Source of the DNA: Nannocystis bainbridge | GTDB lineage: Bacteria > Myxococcota_A > Polyangia > Nannocystales > Nannocystaceae | Direction of reading: 5' to 3' | DNA length: 64,000 bases | Assembly: GCF_028368995.1 (NCBI RefSeq) | Contig: NZ_JAQNDL010000001.1 | Coordinates: forward strand, 1,952,001-2,016,000 | In this document: in pieces, positions 27,900 through 38,397 of the stretch | Layout of the letters: the number at the start of each line of letters is the position of its first letter | Numbering within the stretch: the first letter of the stretch is position 1 | Position numbers and translations under genes: made by a program | Notes under the pieces: model-generated | Told to the model about the DNA's origin: nothing | Database searches by the model: none | Seen by the model: only the letters and a program-made list of their open reading frames with translations

Positions 27900-29453
27900 T
27901 CACGGGCACAGCTTCATCAGCACCGTGTCGTAATCGTCGGCCGGCCCGACCAGGTGGCCGTCGAGCGCCATCGAGTCGCGGAACTGCCCCGCGACGTACA
28001 CCGCGCCCGCGGCGTCGAGCGCGACCTCGGAGCTGACCCCCCAGCTCTCCGCCCCGAACGACCGCGCCCACCGGGTCGCGCCGTCGACCTCGAGCTTGGC
28101 CACGAAGCCGTCGACCGCCGGGTTGCCGCTCAGGGAGATGCCGCCGAGATCGATGCCGCTCTGGAACTGGCCGGCGAGGGCCGTCCTGCCGGCCGCGTCG
28201 CCGGCGATGTCGAGGAGCCCCTGCTCCTCGTGCTCTCCCTGTCCGAACGCCAGCTGCCGCAGCGGCGCGCCCTCGCCGTCGAGCGTCAGCAAGAAGCCGT
28301 CGACCGAGCCGCTGCTGCCCAGCAGCGCCCCGCCGAATTCCAGCCCGCCGAAGAACGAGCCGCCGACGTGGACCCGACCCACGCCATCGGCCGCGAGCGT
28401 CGGAAAGTACGGCATGTGGGCCGGGTCGCCCGTGCTCACCAGCATCGGCTGCGGCTGGCCGTCGGCGGCGAAGCGCGCGACATACATGCTCATGGTCGTG
28501 AACGGCATCGGCGGCTGGTCGTCGCTGAGCGCCGAATGCTCGAACCGGCCCGACACCCACACCACGCCGTCGCCATCGACCGCCAGCCCGGTCGACTCGA
28601 AGCTCCCCGGCGCGTCGACGCCCATCGCCTGGCTCCACACGTGTTCGCCCGCCGCGTCGAGCGTCACCACGAAGCTGTTGTTGCTGTCGGGCTGCCCGAT
28701 CTGCCCGCCGCCGAAGTCGGTGGGCGTGCCGATGTCCGCCGCGAAGACCGTCTCGCCGTGCACGGCCGCGATCTGGGACACCCTGCCGACGGTGGCCATG
28801 TCCGAGCCCGCGAAGCTGCGGCTCCACAGGTGCTCGCCTTCGGGCGACAGCCGAGCGACGAGGACGTCCATGAAGCTCACCGCGGTCAGCTCTCCGCCGC
28901 CGAGATCGATCGAACCGCTGAACCGCCCGCCGAGCGCGATGCTGCCGTCGTCGTCGACCGCGACCTCGTCGATGCGCTGCTCGCCGAGACCGCCGAAATG
29001 GCGGCTCCACAGGTGATTGCCCTCGGTGTCGAACTTGGCCACGAACGCGTCGGGCCAATCGTCGGTGACGGCGAAGGTCTCACCGCCGAAGCTGGCGGGG
29101 TGGTGGAACTTGCCGACCAGGATCACATTGCCCCCGCCGTCGACGGCGAGGCCGAGCCCGTTGTAACCGGTGTCGGAGGCGGCGTCGAACTGCTTGATCC
29201 ACCGCACCTGGCCCGGCGCGCCGCAGAGCTCTTCCTCCGACTCGCCGTCGGTGCCGCTGCCGTCCGTCGTCGAGGTGCCGGTCGTCGAGGTGCCCGTCAT
29301 CCCCCCGCTCGTCGTCGGCGTCGCCCCCGTGGTCGACATGCCAGGCTCCTCATCCGTCGTCCCCGCGGACTCGGTGCTGTCCCCCGAATCCTTGGGCGGG
29401 CCACAGGCGAGCACGATCGAAGCGGCCAGGAATAACGGGCGGACAAACATCAT
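27900..29453 (-). CDS. Lipoprotein, SBBP-like beta-propeller
   Basis: IVLAC lipobox, Thr linker, repeated DAFVAKFD..G.HLWSR.FG units. Confidence 0.8.
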   Translation of the reverse strand: MMFVRPLFLAASIVLACGPPKDSGDSTESAGTTDEEPGMSTTGATPTTSGGMTGTSTTGTSTTDGSGTDGESEEELCGAPGQVRWIKQFDAASDTGYNGLGLAVDGGGNVILVGKFHHPASFGGETFAVTDDWPDAFVAKFDTEGNHLWSRHFGGLGEQRIDEVAVDDDGSIALGGRFSGSIDLGGGELTAVSFMDVLVARLSPEGEHLWSRSFAGSDMATVGRVSQIAAVHGETVFAADIGTPTDFGGGQIGQPDSNNSFVVTLDAAGEHVWSQAMGVDAPGSFESTGLAVDGDGVVWVSGRFEHSALSDDQPPMPFTTMSMYVARFAADGQPQPMLVSTGDPAHMPYFPTLAADGVGRVHVGGSFFGGLEFGGALLGSSGSVDGFLLTLDGEGAPLRQLAFGQGEHEEQGLLDIAGDAAGRTALAGQFQSGIDLGGISLSGNPAVDGFVAKLEVDGATRWARSFGAESWGVSSEVALDAAGAVYVAGQFRDSMALDGHLVGPADDYDTVLMKLCP

Positions 29454-29770
29454 GGCTCGCAGCATACACCCGATCGCCGGGCCGCGATCCGGGGCGGAGC
29501 TCGCCGGGCGGATTGCCCCAGGCGCTGCAGATAACGGCGAGACCTTCGAGAATGGCGGGACTCGCCGCGACGGGTCGCTACATTCACGTCGCCGCCCCCG
29601 ATGCCTGCCTATCCACTGTCACGATCGCCGGGCTGCCCGCGGCGCGCACGCGAGGGAACCCACGCCCCCGGCCCCGGAGCTTGCTCGTTTCCGCACAACC
29701 GCGCCGACCGCGGATGCGATACCCTGGGGCCCACAAGGCCCAGCGGGCCGGAGAGACCGGAGGCCCAGAC

Positions 29771-30472
29771 GTGGAGCAGGACCGCAATTTCGTGTTCGAG
29801 CGCTATCTCCCGCTGCTCGATCCTGACAGCTTCTCCGACCTCGCTTTTTACCGCGAGCTCGAGCGCATCGGTTACCGCCAGATCTTGCTCGGCGGCACCG
29901 GCTCGGCCGACTTGCCGGGGCTGACGATGAAGATCAAGGAGCAGACCCGGCTGCAGGTCGTGCTCTACCCGGCCGGGCCCGACTCGCTGGCGCCGGCCGA
30001 CGTCGTGCTGCTGCCCGACGTGATGAACTCGAACTCGCACTACGCGCGGCCGTTCGGGTCCGGCTCGGTGGCCACGGCGATGCACGTGGCGCGTCGCGGC
30101 CTCAACTTCATCCCGCTGGCCTACTTCATCATGGGCAACAGCACCGCGCGCTGGTACTTCGACGCGTTCCTGGTCCCGTCGCCGAAGATCATCCTCGGCT
30201 ACGCCAATTATGCCCGCATGATCGGCTACCGCTACCTCGCGCTCGACTACGAGGACCCGGCGCTGGCGATCGACCCGGCCCTCATCGCCGCGCTCAAGCA
30301 GGTCTCCGGGCTCCACCTCGTCATCTCCGACGAGTTCGATCCGGCCAGCGGCGAGAAGGCGCTGCGCATGGGCGCCGACACCGTCGTGACGCCCTCCGAC
30401 ATGTACGAGGACGCCAGCGACCCGCTCCGCCTGGCCCGCGAATTCTACGACGCCCTGCTCAGGCCCGCGTGA
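29771..30472 (+). CDS. Divergent PcrB/GGGP-synthase-family TIM-barrel protein (233 aa)
   Basis: GGAGG plus GTG start. LLDPD, ILLGGT, VVLYP, ADVVLLPDVMNS, PLAYFIM and GADTVVT match the family layout. Confidence 0.7.
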   Translation: MEQDRNFVFERYLPLLDPDSFSDLAFYRELERIGYRQILLGGTGSADLPGLTMKIKEQTRLQVVLYPAGPDSLAPADVVLLPDVMNSNSHYARPFGSGSVATAMHVARRGLNFIPLAYFIMGNSTARWYFDAFLVPSPKIILGYANYARMIGYRYLALDYEDPALAIDPALIAALKQVSGLHLVISDEFDPASGEKALRMGADTVVTPSDMYEDASDPLRLAREFYDALLRPA

Positions 30473-32088
30473 ACGAACCGCCGCACGACCCCGCAGGCAC
30501 GTCCCCCCGCCTGCGCCTGCTCACCCGCCCGCGCGCCGCCGCCGGGCCCGACCTGCCGCTGCCGCCCCCGCGCGAGCTGCTGCGCGTGTTCGCGGTGGCG
30601 ATCGCCATCGGCTCGACCGCGGCCGTCGTCGGCGCCTACTACATCACCGTCGCCACCGAGTTCCCGCCGGGCGCGCTGCCGCAATTCCTGGTCGTGCTCG
30701 CCGGCCTCGTCGTCACCTCGATCGCCGTCGTCTACCTCCGTCACCTCCGCTTCGTCGACCGCCTGGGACCGTGGCTGCGCCGCCCCGGCGACAGCGTCGA
30801 CCTCGACGCCTGGCGCCAGGCGCTGAGCTGGCCGGCGCGCATCTCGATCTTCATCGGCCTGTCGGCGGTGGCCGTCGGCCTCTGCGCGGCGGCGATCATG
30901 ATCGCCATCACCGGCGACGTCTGGCTCGGCCTCCACATCGCCGTCGGCGGGCTGCTCGCCGCGGTGCTCGACGCGATCTTCGCCTGGCTCTACACCGACG
31001 CCGCGACCCGCCCGCTGCGCCGGGCCCTGATCGCGCGCAGCCCGATGCTGCCGGTCATCGGCCCCGGGATCGTCCGCCTCGGCCTCGGCGCCAAGATGGC
31101 GATCGTGATCGTCGGCGTGCAGCTGGCCGGGGCGGTGATCTCGGGCACCCTGGCCTATCGCGGCGCGAGCGCGGCGATCGCCGCCCACGAGCCGTCGGCG
31201 CTGGCGCTGCACATCCTCGTGGTCACCGCGATCGGCCTGCTCGTCAGCCTCTCGGGCTGCTTGCTGGTCACGCGTCACACCACCGACCCGCTGCGCGAGC
31301 TGACCGACCTCGTCGGCACGCTGACGCCCGACCAGCTGTCGCGCCGCGCCCTGCCGATCGGCGGCGACGAGGTCGGCCAGCTCAGCGCCGCCGTCAACGG
31401 CATGCTCGGCGGCCTCGAGGAGCGCGACTTCATCAAGGACGCCTTCACCCGCTACGTCACCCGCCAGGTCCGCGACGTGGTGATGCAGGGCGGGCTCGAG
31501 CTCGGCGGCGAGCTCGTCACGGCGACGATCCTGATGGCCGACATCCGCGGCTTCACCCCGCTGGTCGAGCACATGCCGCCGAAGCAGGTGGTGCGGATCT
31601 TGAACCGCTACTTCACCGAGATGGTCGAGGAGTGCATGGAGCACGGCGGCCTCATCGACAAGTTCATCGGCGACGCGATCCTCGTGGTGTTCGGCGCCCC
31701 GGTCCGGCTCGCCCCCGAGCTCTCGGCCCGCGCGGCGGCCCGCGCGGCCCTGGGCATGCAGCGCCGGCTCGCGCAGCTCAACGCCGCGCTCGCGGCGGAG
31801 GGCTCGCAGCCGCTGCGGATCGGCGTCGGCGTCCACACCGGCGAGGCGATCGCCGGCAACATCGGCGCGCCGCAGCGGCTCGACTACACGCTGATCGGCG
31901 ACTCGGTCAACACGGCGACCCGCATCGAGTCGGCGTGCAAAGAGGTCGGCCACGACGTGCTGATCTCGGAGGTCACGCGGGTATTGCTCGGCGACGCGGC
32001 GGTCGTGGGCGCGCCGGTGACGGTCCATCTCAAGGGCAAATCGCGCCCCACGGCGGTGTTCCCGCTGCTGGGCCTGAAGACCTCGTAA
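30469..32088 (+). CDS. Membrane class III adenylate cyclase with HAMP domain
   Basis: Multiple TM helices, HAMP (DEVGQLSAAVNGM), ADIRGFT, DKFIGDAI and RLDYTLIGDSVNTATRIE. The Lys/Asp pair indicates ATP specificity. Confidence 0.92.
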   Translation: MNEPPHDPAGTSPRLRLLTRPRAAAGPDLPLPPPRELLRVFAVAIAIGSTAAVVGAYYITVATEFPPGALPQFLVVLAGLVVTSIAVVYLRHLRFVDRLGPWLRRPGDSVDLDAWRQALSWPARISIFIGLSAVAVGLCAAAIMIAITGDVWLGLHIAVGGLLAAVLDAIFAWLYTDAATRPLRRALIARSPMLPVIGPGIVRLGLGAKMAIVIVGVQLAGAVISGTLAYRGASAAIAAHEPSALALHILVVTAIGLLVSLSGCLLVTRHTTDPLRELTDLVGTLTPDQLSRRALPIGGDEVGQLSAAVNGMLGGLEERDFIKDAFTRYVTRQVRDVVMQGGLELGGELVTATILMADIRGFTPLVEHMPPKQVVRILNRYFTEMVEECMEHGGLIDKFIGDAILVVFGAPVRLAPELSARAAARAALGMQRRLAQLNAALAAEGSQPLRIGVGVHTGEAIAGNIGAPQRLDYTLIGDSVNTATRIESACKEVGHDVLISEVTRVLLGDAAVVGAPVTVHLKGKSRPTAVFPLLGLKTS

Positions 32089-32406
32089 GCCCGCGAGGTC
32101 GTCTGCGGGGGCCGGCGAGCGGATCGCCATGCAGGTCACCGGGGGGAATGGCGGGTCGCGCTCGCACGTAGTCGCCGCGGGGCGCCGGGCGAGCGCCGGG
32201 CGAACGTGGCAAACCGCGCTCGGGCTCGCCGCGTCGGCACCTCGTGAGCGCGAATGATTCGCGGCGCTCGGCTCGCTCGGAATGCGCGCTCGGGGTCGCC
32301 GCGCCAGACCGCCGCGCCCGCTCCGCGCGGCCTCGATCGCCATCGTGTTCGCGCCCGGGGCGGCCGCGGTGGACGGGACGTTCGCCTGCGGGTAAAAAGA
32401 TCTGTC

Positions 32407-33078
32407 ATGGGGACGAGCGACCTGAACTACCAGTGGGCGGTCCGGCGCCCGGCGTGGACAGTGCGCCAGGCCGGGGAGCTCGTACGCAACGTCGCCAATA
32501 CCGTCGAGGACGCGTGCCAGGTGCACTTCCCGCCCTCGGAGGGCTTCCGCACCGAGGCCACCGAGCTGAACGGACTGATCGAGGGTGTGCGCCTGTCGGT
32601 GTCCCGCGGCGAGTTCTCGGCGGTCGTCAGCGCCCAATGTTACGCCGAGAACCTATCCCTGGAGACATGTCCATCACGCCAGGTCGCGGTTCGCCTGGTC
32701 GCCGCCCGCCGCGACGGCGCGCCGCCGCCACCGAGCGTGGTCCGCCTGGTCCAGATCGCCGGCCCGGTCGCCCTGCTGCTCGGGGTCAGCGCGCTGGTGT
32801 TCGCGCTCATCTGCGCCGCCGCGGTCCCGGGCGTGGGCGGCTACTTCCGCCTGTCGCTATGGATGAGCTTCATGCTGATGATGGCCCCCGCGGTGGCCTG
32901 GCTGGCGGGCGCCCGCACCTCGATGCAGCTCGAGGCCGTCGAGGCCAGCCAGTCGGCGCTGTCGACCCGCGTGGCCGCCCTCGCCGACGCCAACGCCCGC
33001 TGGCAACGCCTGCTCGCCGTGGTCCACGATCAGCAGGTGGTGGTCGCCCAGTACAAGGCGCTGCCGTTCCGCCGGTGA
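32407..33078 (+). CDS. Hypothetical membrane protein (2 TM)
   Basis: GC3-biased ORF with two hydrophobic helices. Confidence 0.6.
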   Translation: MGTSDLNYQWAVRRPAWTVRQAGELVRNVANTVEDACQVHFPPSEGFRTEATELNGLIEGVRLSVSRGEFSAVVSAQCYAENLSLETCPSRQVAVRLVAARRDGAPPPPSVVRLVQIAGPVALLLGVSALVFALICAAAVPGVGGYFRLSLWMSFMLMMAPAVAWLAGARTSMQLEAVEASQSALSTRVAALADANARWQRLLAVVHDQQVVVAQYKALPFRR

Positions 33079-33270
33079 GCCGGGCGAGGTTCGTGGTGCG
33101 ATGATATGTCCCTTTGGACATATCATCATGGTTTCGCTAGAAAATCTGAACACCTCGACCTGCCGAGGTCCATGCCGGTGGATGCTTCGCTGCTGCTTGC
33201 TGCGTCAGCCGACTGGCTCGAGCCGCGGCACGCTTGTTGTCGGAGCAGCGAGCTCCTGCTGTGAGCAGGA

Positions 33271-35763
33271 TCAGCGCAGTACCAGGACCAGCACGATCAC
33301 CACGATCAGCACCGCATTGACGGTGAAGAGGAGCAGCTTGACCGGCGACCCCGATGCCTTCCCCGGCAGCGGCGCGCCGCGGGTCGCGGGCCGCGCGACC
33401 TCCGATGTGGGCCTCGGCTGCGCGGGGCCTGTCGCCGCGCTTTCGGGGGCGTGCTCGAGGTTCGCCGGCGTGCGCGGCGGCTCGGTGAAGTTCGGCCCGG
33501 GTGACAGCTGCTCGGTGCGCTCCGAGCGAGCCGCCGGCGTCGCGTGATTGCCGACGAAGAGCTCGGTGCGGCCGGTCCTTCCGCTCGCGGGATCGCCGAC
33601 GAAGATCTCGGTGCGCTCGGCGCTCGTGGTCGCGCCATGGCCGAAGAAGATCTCGGTGCGAGCGGCCCGGTTGGCCGGCGCCGGTTCGTCCGCGTGAAAC
33701 GCCTCCGTCCGTTCGGCCGGCCTTTCCTCTGGCGAAAGGGGACGCGCCGGTGACGACGTGAAAATCTCCGTCCGTGGCGCGGCGGGGCTCACCGACGACG
33801 ACGTGAACATCTCCGTCCGTGGCGCGCCAGAGCTCACCGACGACGTGAACATCTCCGTCCGTGGCGCGGCAGGGCTCACCGACGACGACGTAAACATCTC
33901 CGTCCGCGCTCCCGCCGTGCTCGCCGGTGGTGACGACAAAATCTGCGTCCGCGCCCCCGCCGAGCTCGCCGGCGGTGACGACAAAATCTCCGTCCGCGCT
34001 CCCACCGTGCTCGCCGGCGGTGACGACAAAATCTGCGTCCGCGCCCCCGCCAAGCTCGCCGGCGGTGACGACAAAATCTCCGTCCGCGCTCCCACCGTGC
34101 TCGCCGGCGGTGACGACAAAATCTGCGTCCGCGCCCCCACCGTGCTCGTCGGTGGTGACGTGAATATCTCCGTCCGCGCCCCCACCGTGCTCGCCGGCGG
34201 TGACGACAAAATCTCTGTCCGCGCTCCCACCGGGCTCGTCGGTGATGGCGGCAGCAGCTCCGTCTTCACGGGCGTGAAGGCCGCCTGCGCGGGTGATGGT
34301 GGCAGCAGCTCCGTCTTCGCCGCGGGCGGCCGGATCGGGTCCTCCGGCACCGCGAGGATGTCGGTCTTCTCGGCGCCCACCAGCTTCGAGTACCGCAGCG
34401 AACCGGAGCTCGCGGACGACGACGAGTCGGGGCGCGGCCGCGTCCAGTCGATCTCCGTCTTGCTCACGGGCGCCTCGCCGCTCGCTGGCGACGACGCCGG
34501 CGTGACGGCCCGCGGCTGGATGGGCGGCAGCAGCGATCCGCGCGGCGGCGCCGAATCGGCCGGGCGCGTGGGGACCGGCGACGACGGCAGCCCCAGCGGC
34601 GCGAGCAGAGACCCGCGCGGCGGCGATGCGAACGAGCTCGCGGGGCTCGGCGCTGCCGCGAGTGCGACCCCACCCGGCGGCGCCGATACGATCGAGCTCG
34701 CGAGGCTCGACGACGCCGACGGTGCGACCCCACCGGGCGGCGCCGACACGATCGAGCTCACCGGCGCCGACGCGACCGCGCCCGGCGAGGTCGGCGCGAT
34801 CCACCGCTCCCGGACCGGCGGCACCACGCTCGCGGGGCCAGGTGCGCCCGGCGAGCCCGGCAAGATCGGCAGGTCGCTGCGCGGGAGCACGGCCTCCGGA
34901 TCGTGCTCCGCCGAGACGCTCGCAGGCGGCTCGTATCGAGCCTCAGGCGCGACCGAGACCGCCGGCGCCGGTCCGAGGCCGAGGACCTCGCGCATCGCCG
35001 CCCGCAGCTCCGCCATGTCCGCGTAGCGCTGCCAGGGCTCGGTCGCCAGCGCCTCGGCGAACAGCTCGTCGACGGCCTGCGGCACCCCCGGGACCAGCGA
35101 TCGCAGCCGCGACGGAGACCTCGGCGACGGCCGCTCGCCCGCGATCAGCTCGAACACCACCGACGCGAGCGAGAACACGTCGCTGCGGGCATCGCCGGCG
35201 CACGTGGCCTGTTCGGGCGCACGGTAGCCGCAATCATCGGCCCGGCCGGCGACCGGCTCGAGCTCGCCGACGCCGAAGTCGAGGATCGTCAGCTCGTCGT
35301 TCTCGGTGACGACGAGGCGCTGCGGCGTCAGGGCGCGGTGCGGCACGCCGAGCGCCGCGTGGGCGCGCTCCAGCAGCGCCGCCGCGCGCTCGCCGAGGCG
35401 GAGCGCGCGATCCCAGCGCGGCGTGGTCTGCTTGAGCCACCACGCCGGACCGCCCTGGCGCAGGCGATCGAAGCTCCAGCCGACCGGCGATTCGGCGAGG
35501 CAAAACGGCGGATCGGGCGGCGTCGTCGGGACGTTGCGCAGCGCCCCCAGGCCGGCCTCCGCCGCCGCGTGCACGACCCGCAGAAAGGCGGCCCAGGCGC
35601 TCGGGCTGCAAGCAGACGGATCGAACAACACGAGCACGAGCGGTCTGGCGGCCCCGTCGGCGGCCATGAACACGCGCGCGGGTCCGCTGCCGCGCAGCAG
35701 CTCTTGCAGCTCGAAGCGACCGGCGAAGCGGTGACCGACAGCGGGTGCGAAGGCTTCGGGCAC
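33271..35763 (-). CDS. Tail-anchored Ser/Thr pseudokinase with an RTE(I/M)(L/F) repeat linker (paralog A)
   Basis: Kinase-fold motifs RFEL, HRALTP (catalytic Asp to Ala), DFG, YRAPEQ and SDVFSL. No VAIK Lys. About 20 [RK]T[EQD]xx motifs and a C-terminal TM. Confidence 0.85.
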   Translation of the reverse strand: MPEAFAPAVGHRFAGRFELQELLRGSGPARVFMAADGAARPLVLVLFDPSACSPSAWAAFLRVVHAAAEAGLGALRNVPTTPPDPPFCLAESPVGWSFDRLRQGGPAWWLKQTTPRWDRALRLGERAAALLERAHAALGVPHRALTPQRLVVTENDELTILDFGVGELEPVAGRADDCGYRAPEQATCAGDARSDVFSLASVVFELIAGERPSPRSPSRLRSLVPGVPQAVDELFAEALATEPWQRYADMAELRAAMREVLGLGPAPAVSVAPEARYEPPASVSAEHDPEAVLPRSDLPILPGSPGAPGPASVVPPVRERWIAPTSPGAVASAPVSSIVSAPPGGVAPSASSSLASSIVSAPPGGVALAAAPSPASSFASPPRGSLLAPLGLPSSPVPTRPADSAPPRGSLLPPIQPRAVTPASSPASGEAPVSKTEIDWTRPRPDSSSSASSGSLRYSKLVGAEKTDILAVPEDPIRPPAAKTELLPPSPAQAAFTPVKTELLPPSPTSPVGARTEILSSPPASTVGARTEIFTSPPTSTVGARTQILSSPPASTVGARTEILSSPPASLAGARTQILSSPPASTVGARTEILSSPPASSAGARTQILSSPPASTAGARTEMFTSSSVSPAAPRTEMFTSSVSSGAPRTEMFTSSSVSPAAPRTEIFTSSPARPLSPEERPAERTEAFHADEPAPANRAARTEIFFGHGATTSAERTEIFVGDPASGRTGRTELFVGNHATPAARSERTEQLSPGPNFTEPPRTPANLEHAPESAATGPAQPRPTSEVARPATRGAPLPGKASGSPVKLLLFTVNAVLIVVIVLVLVLR
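33760..34230. repeat. Coding tandem repeat with roughly 45-bp period (GARTEILSSPPASTV)
   Basis: About 11 imperfect copies inside 33271..35763. Confidence 0.9.
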
Positions 35764-35776
35764 GGACGCTCGCGGC

Positions 35777-37693
35777 TCAGCAGTTGATCTTCACCAGCTT
35801 ACCATTGAGGATAAGCTGCTCGGTCGCAAGGACGCTGATGTTGCCGCCCGCGGCCAGGGTGATGTTGGCGGTCGCCGACACCGCGACGCTGCCCTCGGCG
35901 ATGATGAAGACGTCGGGCCCGTTGAGGACGATGCGCGCGGCCCCGCTGGTGACCTTGTAGAACGTGTCCTGCATGGTCGTGCCGGTCGCCGGCACGCTCG
36001 GCGGGGGCGTCGACGGCTGGGCGATCGTCACCGAGTGGACCGCGCCGACCAGGCACGAGTCGTTGCTGCCGATCGTCGTCGTGCGGTTGGAGCCGACCGA
36101 CGTGGTCAGGTTGGAGCCGATGGTTTCGGTGCAGTCGACGCCGACCGACTCGGTCATGTTGTTGAGGATCTGGGTGTTCCAGTCCTTCTGCGCGTGGAGG
36201 AAGATCTCCTCGGAGCCCTTGCGGTCCTCGAAGCGCAGCTCGTTGAAGCCGCCGCCGCCCGGCGAGCTGTCGCTCTTGATCGTGCTCTTCGTCTTCTCGG
36301 CCGGCAGCGGATACGGCGTGTCGTTGCCGCCGTGATAGATGCGGCCGATGACGATCGGTCGGTCCGGGTCGCCCTCGATGAAGTCGACCAGCACCTCGTG
36401 GCCGATCCGCGGCAGGAACATCGAGCCGTAGCCGTTGCCGGCCCAGGCCTGGCTGACGCGGACCCACGTCGTGCTGGTCTCGTTGTGCAGGCCCTCGCGG
36501 TCCCAGTGGAACTGCACGCGCACGCGGCCCTCGGCGTCGGTGTGCACCTCCTCGCCCTCGGGGCCGACCACCGTCGCGGTCTGCACGCCGCGCATGACCG
36601 GCCGCGGGGTCTGACGCGCCGGGCGGAACGGCAGCCGCAGCTCGGTCACCGTGAAGCGGTTGCGGTACTCGCTCGCGCCCGACTCGTCCTGGCCGAGCGT
36701 CTGCGGCTGGCTGCCGGTGTGCTCGACCTGGATGATGCGATACTCGGCGTTGAGCTCGTGCTTCGGGTGGCCCGCGAGGGTCATCGTGCGCCCCGCCGAC
36801 AGCCGCGGGCAGTCGCTCACGCCGGAGCCGAACCTGCGATGGGACTGCAGCTCCTCGAGCCGCGTCTTGGCCAAGAATTGGCCCTGATGCGGGCCGCCGC
36901 GCCCGGGCTCCTGGTACTCGCCCGGGAACTCGTAGACCTCGAGGTCGGTGTTGGTGCGGGCCGCCTCCTGGGCCTCGAGCCCGAGGTCGGGCCGGTGGAG
37001 GTTGAAGTCCCGCAGCGACAGCTTGCCGGGCCGCAGGCGCCCGCCGAAGCGGAACTCGTGCACGTGCTCGCGGTCCTGCACCGCCCCCGTCGGCGGGTTG
37101 TAGTCGACCGTCGGCGTGCCGTCGATCGGCTGGTGCGCCTGCACGTGGTCGGCCATCAGCCACACGTGCCGCGCCTCCTCGTGCTTGAAGTAATAGAAGA
37201 TCCCGTCCTCCTCGAGCAGCCGGTGGACGAACGCGAGGTCGGTCTCACGGTATTGCACGCAGTAGTTCCGCGGCCCGTACTCGGCGGTCAGGTTGAAGGC
37301 GAAGAAGTCGCGCGGGATCCCGGCCGCGACCAGCACGTCGGTCACGATCTGCTCGGTCGTCTTGTTCTGGAACACCCGGCAGCCCTCGCGCAGGGCCAGG
37401 CGGTGGGCCAGCGGCGCGATCGTGAGCTCGTAGAGCTGGTGGCTGCGCGTCTGGCCGACGTACTCGGCCTCGGTGACGATCCCCTGGACCAGCCGCGGCG
37501 CGTCCAGGGCCCGGATCTCGAGCAGCGCGGGCTGACCGAGCAGCGTCTCGGGGTCGAGGTCGAGGTCGGCGACCTCGACGTGGAACTCGAACAGGCTCGA
37601 GAGGGCCTCGCGCCCGGCCATTCGGACCACCCCCATCGGCGTCCCGGCGACCTTCAGCTCGAATACGGTGAGACGTGAATTATCGACAGTCAT
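35777..37693 (-). CDS. vgrG: Type VI secretion spike protein VgrG/TssI (no evolved C-terminal effector)
   Basis: YCVQYRETDLAFVHRLLEEDGIFYYF, WVRVSQAWAG, PRIGHEVLVDFIEGDPDRP and FNELRFEDRKGSEEIFLHAQKD. Confidence 0.96.
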   Translation of the reverse strand: MTVDNSRLTVFELKVAGTPMGVVRMAGREALSSLFEFHVEVADLDLDPETLLGQPALLEIRALDAPRLVQGIVTEAEYVGQTRSHQLYELTIAPLAHRLALREGCRVFQNKTTEQIVTDVLVAAGIPRDFFAFNLTAEYGPRNYCVQYRETDLAFVHRLLEEDGIFYYFKHEEARHVWLMADHVQAHQPIDGTPTVDYNPPTGAVQDREHVHEFRFGGRLRPGKLSLRDFNLHRPDLGLEAQEAARTNTDLEVYEFPGEYQEPGRGGPHQGQFLAKTRLEELQSHRRFGSGVSDCPRLSAGRTMTLAGHPKHELNAEYRIIQVEHTGSQPQTLGQDESGASEYRNRFTVTELRLPFRPARQTPRPVMRGVQTATVVGPEGEEVHTDAEGRVRVQFHWDREGLHNETSTTWVRVSQAWAGNGYGSMFLPRIGHEVLVDFIEGDPDRPIVIGRIYHGGNDTPYPLPAEKTKSTIKSDSSPGGGGFNELRFEDRKGSEEIFLHAQKDWNTQILNNMTESVGVDCTETIGSNLTTSVGSNRTTTIGSNDSCLVGAVHSVTIAQPSTPPPSVPATGTTMQDTFYKVTSGAARIVLNGPDVFIIAEGSVAVSATANITLAAGGNISVLATEQLILNGKLVKINC

Positions 37694-37937
37694 ACGTCAA
37701 TCGAGCGAGGCGCTCCACATTCCGAGGTTACACCCGGGCCGGAGCCGAGGTCAAACGTGCGCGCCGGCGGCCTCATGCGCGGAGATGAATGCACAGTGGC
37801 GAATGCGAGCAGTCGCCCGGCGAACGATCGCGCGCGCGGGCCGGCGCGTTCGCGCGCCCGGCCGCGGCGCATGACTCGGCCGCGGCGGGCTGATATCGTG
37901 GCCGCTCGACGCGACCCCGCGCGATGGCGGCGACGAT

Positions 37938-38396
37938 ATGAAGACGGACGAGAAGGAATTCGAGGAGATGTCGGCCGGCGAGGGCATGTTCCTGCCGATA
38001 CCGAAGACGTGGGGCAAGAAGGCGCTGGTCGCATTCACCAACGGCGTCGAGGGCGAAGAGGGCGCGAGCGTCGTCGTGCGCGTCGAGTCGATCGACGCCC
38101 GCACCAAGCTGACGCGCTTCGTCGACGGGCTGATGATCGAGCTGGCGCGCACGCTGCCGGGGTTCTCGCTGATCGAGCGGCGCGACTCGAAGCTCGGCGG
38201 GCAGCCGGCGCTCGAGATCGAGTTCACGTGGACCGCCCAGGGCACGGTGTACCGGCAGACCCACACCAGCGTGATGTACTCCCCCGGGCAGGTCGCGTGC
38301 GTGATCACCTCGGCCTCGCAGCGCCACCTGCCGGAGTTCAAGGAGACGTTCGAGGCGGTGCTGCGGGGCGCACGATTCACGCCGGCGGGGAAGTGA
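37938..38396 (+). CDS. DcrB/DUF1795 (Eag-type) effector chaperone
   Basis: Size and motifs (LGGQPALEIEFTW, YRQ, ITSAS, FEAVLRGARF), directly upstream of a prePAAR effector. Confidence 0.7.
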   Translation: MKTDEKEFEEMSAGEGMFLPIPKTWGKKALVAFTNGVEGEEGASVVVRVESIDARTKLTRFVDGLMIELARTLPGFSLIERRDSKLGGQPALEIEFTWTAQGTVYRQTHTSVMYSPGQVACVITSASQRHLPEFKETFEAVLRGARFTPAGK

Positions 38397-38397
38397 C

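Noticed and set aside
33760-34230. Non-coding repeat array or CRISPR
   Set aside because: The period is a multiple of 3 and it lies in frame within the pseudokinase linker.
35777-37693. Prophage tail or complete T6SS cluster
   Set aside because: No sheath, tube, baseplate, capsid or integrase genes are in the window. This is an auxiliary vgrG locus.
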